DNA of 64,000 nt, taken from NCBI GenBank assembly GCA_019358935.1, contig JAHHIK010000012.1, forward strand, positions 40,283 through 104,282, read 5' to 3'. Position numbers and translations under genes: made by a program. Source of the DNA: Tolypothrix carrinoi HA7290-LM1. Lineage in GTDB: Bacteria > Cyanobacteriota > Cyanobacteriia > Cyanobacteriales > Nostocaceae. Under the pieces are notes generated by a model, which saw nothing but the letters and a program-made list of their open reading frames with translations, was not told the DNA's origin and made no database searches. How positions within the stretch are numbered: position 1 is the stretch's first letter; each line of letters starts with the position of its first letter. Positions 63,881 through 64,000 of the stretch are shown here, one piece after another.

Positions 63881-64000
63881 GGCGTTGCAGAATAGAAATA
63901 TGAATTAGGGCGATCGCTATGAAATGTCCAAGGTGTGCATCAACTCACATTCGTAAGAATGGGAAGCAACGAGGTAAACAAAATTACATTTGTGTCAACT
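63881..64000 (+). mobile_element. IS1-family insertion sequence, left end and transposase start (ATG 63919), cut off by the window edge
   Basis: GGCGTTGCAGAAT terminus; MKCPRCASTHIRKNGKQRGKQNYICVN InsA-like zinc ribbon. Confidence 0.85.

Noticed and set aside
63124..63903. Calling this gene patA itself
   Set aside because: Same domain family, but it looks more like taxis-operon PatA-type regulators; orthology cannot be established here

Overview
This window comes from a filamentous heterocyst-forming cyanobacterium (Nostocales-like), judged from abundant HIP1 GCGATCGC sites, heptamer/nonamer STRR tracts and the gene content. The housekeeping backbone is gatB, argJ, purM, sodB, panC-cmk, rlpA, nudC, tamB and murQ. 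It is interspersed with signalling genes, an acyltransferase trio, a partly decayed nucleoside-scavenging cluster, several frameshifted genes and IS982/IS1 remnants. Three non-obvious signals stand out. (1) An integron-type cassette array with no integrase in the window (about 11.45-14.1 kb): two well-formed attC sites, a GC-rich foreign SnoaL-like cassette with perfectly complementary GTTAGGC/GCCTAAC cores, a two-gene SDR+HxlR cassette and a candidate attI-like repeat site. (2) Three complete promoter + ~50-nt RNA + terminator units between gatB and argJ, i.e. a multicopy sRNA array whose 5' end resembles NsiR1 as I recall it. (3) Families of ~24-nt and ~45-nt hairpin modules that nest inside one another and insert in frame into genes, including an identical 24-nt HIP1 insertion in two diverged paralogues. 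All calls are from reading the sequence; no database searches were run.
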